The position numbers and the translations under genes are program-made. Of a DNA stretch of 64,000 bases, positions 63,625 to 64,000 are shown one piece after another (the first letter of the stretch is position 1; each line of letters opens with the position of its first letter). The notes below the pieces were generated by a model. That model was not told the DNA's origin. It was given only the letters and a program-made list of their open reading frames with translations, and did no database searches. Source of the stretch: Octopus sinensis (taxonomy: Eukaryota); the NCBI RefSeq assembly GCF_006345805.1, contig NC_042998.1, positions 190,154,001-190,218,000 of the forward strand. Direction: 5' to 3'.

Positions 63625-63694
63625 TACATACATACATACATACATACATACATACATACATACATACATACATACATACATACATACATACAAA

Positions 63695-64000
63695 GGAGCA
63701 CTCCGCCGCTTACGACGACGAGGGTCCCAGCTGATACGATCAACGGAAAAGCCGGCTCGTGAGATTAACGTGAAAGTGATTGAGCACTCCACAGACACGC
63801 GTACCCTTAATGTAATTCTCGGGGAGATTCAGCGTGATACAGAGTGTACCAAGGCCGGCCCTTTGAACTACAGGTACAACTCATTTTTGCCAGCTGAGTG
63901 GACTGGAGCAACGTGAAATAAAGTGTCTTGCTCAAGAACACAATGCGTCTCCGGGAATTGAACTCACGACCTTACGATCGTGATCCGAATATCTCAACCA
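63695..64000 (-). mobile_element. SINE family D, head runs off the window
   Basis: Homologous to 34118-34423; B box gagttcaattccc; tail X. Confidence 0.88.

Overview
Repeat-saturated, AT-rich eukaryotic DNA with no intact protein-coding gene that I can support; almost the whole ORF track is translated microsatellite. The repeat inventory fits an octopod cephalopod (inference, no database search): tRNA-derived SINE families with CORE-like and Nin-like modules, R4/Dong, RTE/BovB and CR1 LINE relics, DD37D (maT) and pogo/Tigger transposon relics, non-autonomous Helitrons, MITEs, Penelope-like pieces, and dense (TA)n/(TACA)n/(ATT)n tracts. The most striking unlisted signal is a set of about a dozen type I minimal hammerhead ribozyme motifs on both strands, from several unrelated sequence families. 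Most have a different palindromic stem III; the motif at 14164-14208 is fully canonical. Several sit in or next to local inverted duplications. Also present: several long fold-back palindromes, a triple-C2H2 retroelement-like 3' end, modular head/tail swapping among SINEs, a SINE trimer with recurrent junctions, a MULE-type MITE with a perfect 9-bp TSD, and a ~99% identical inverted pair of BovB-like fragments. There is one 100-N assembly gap at 45677-45776. All alignments and folds were done by eye.
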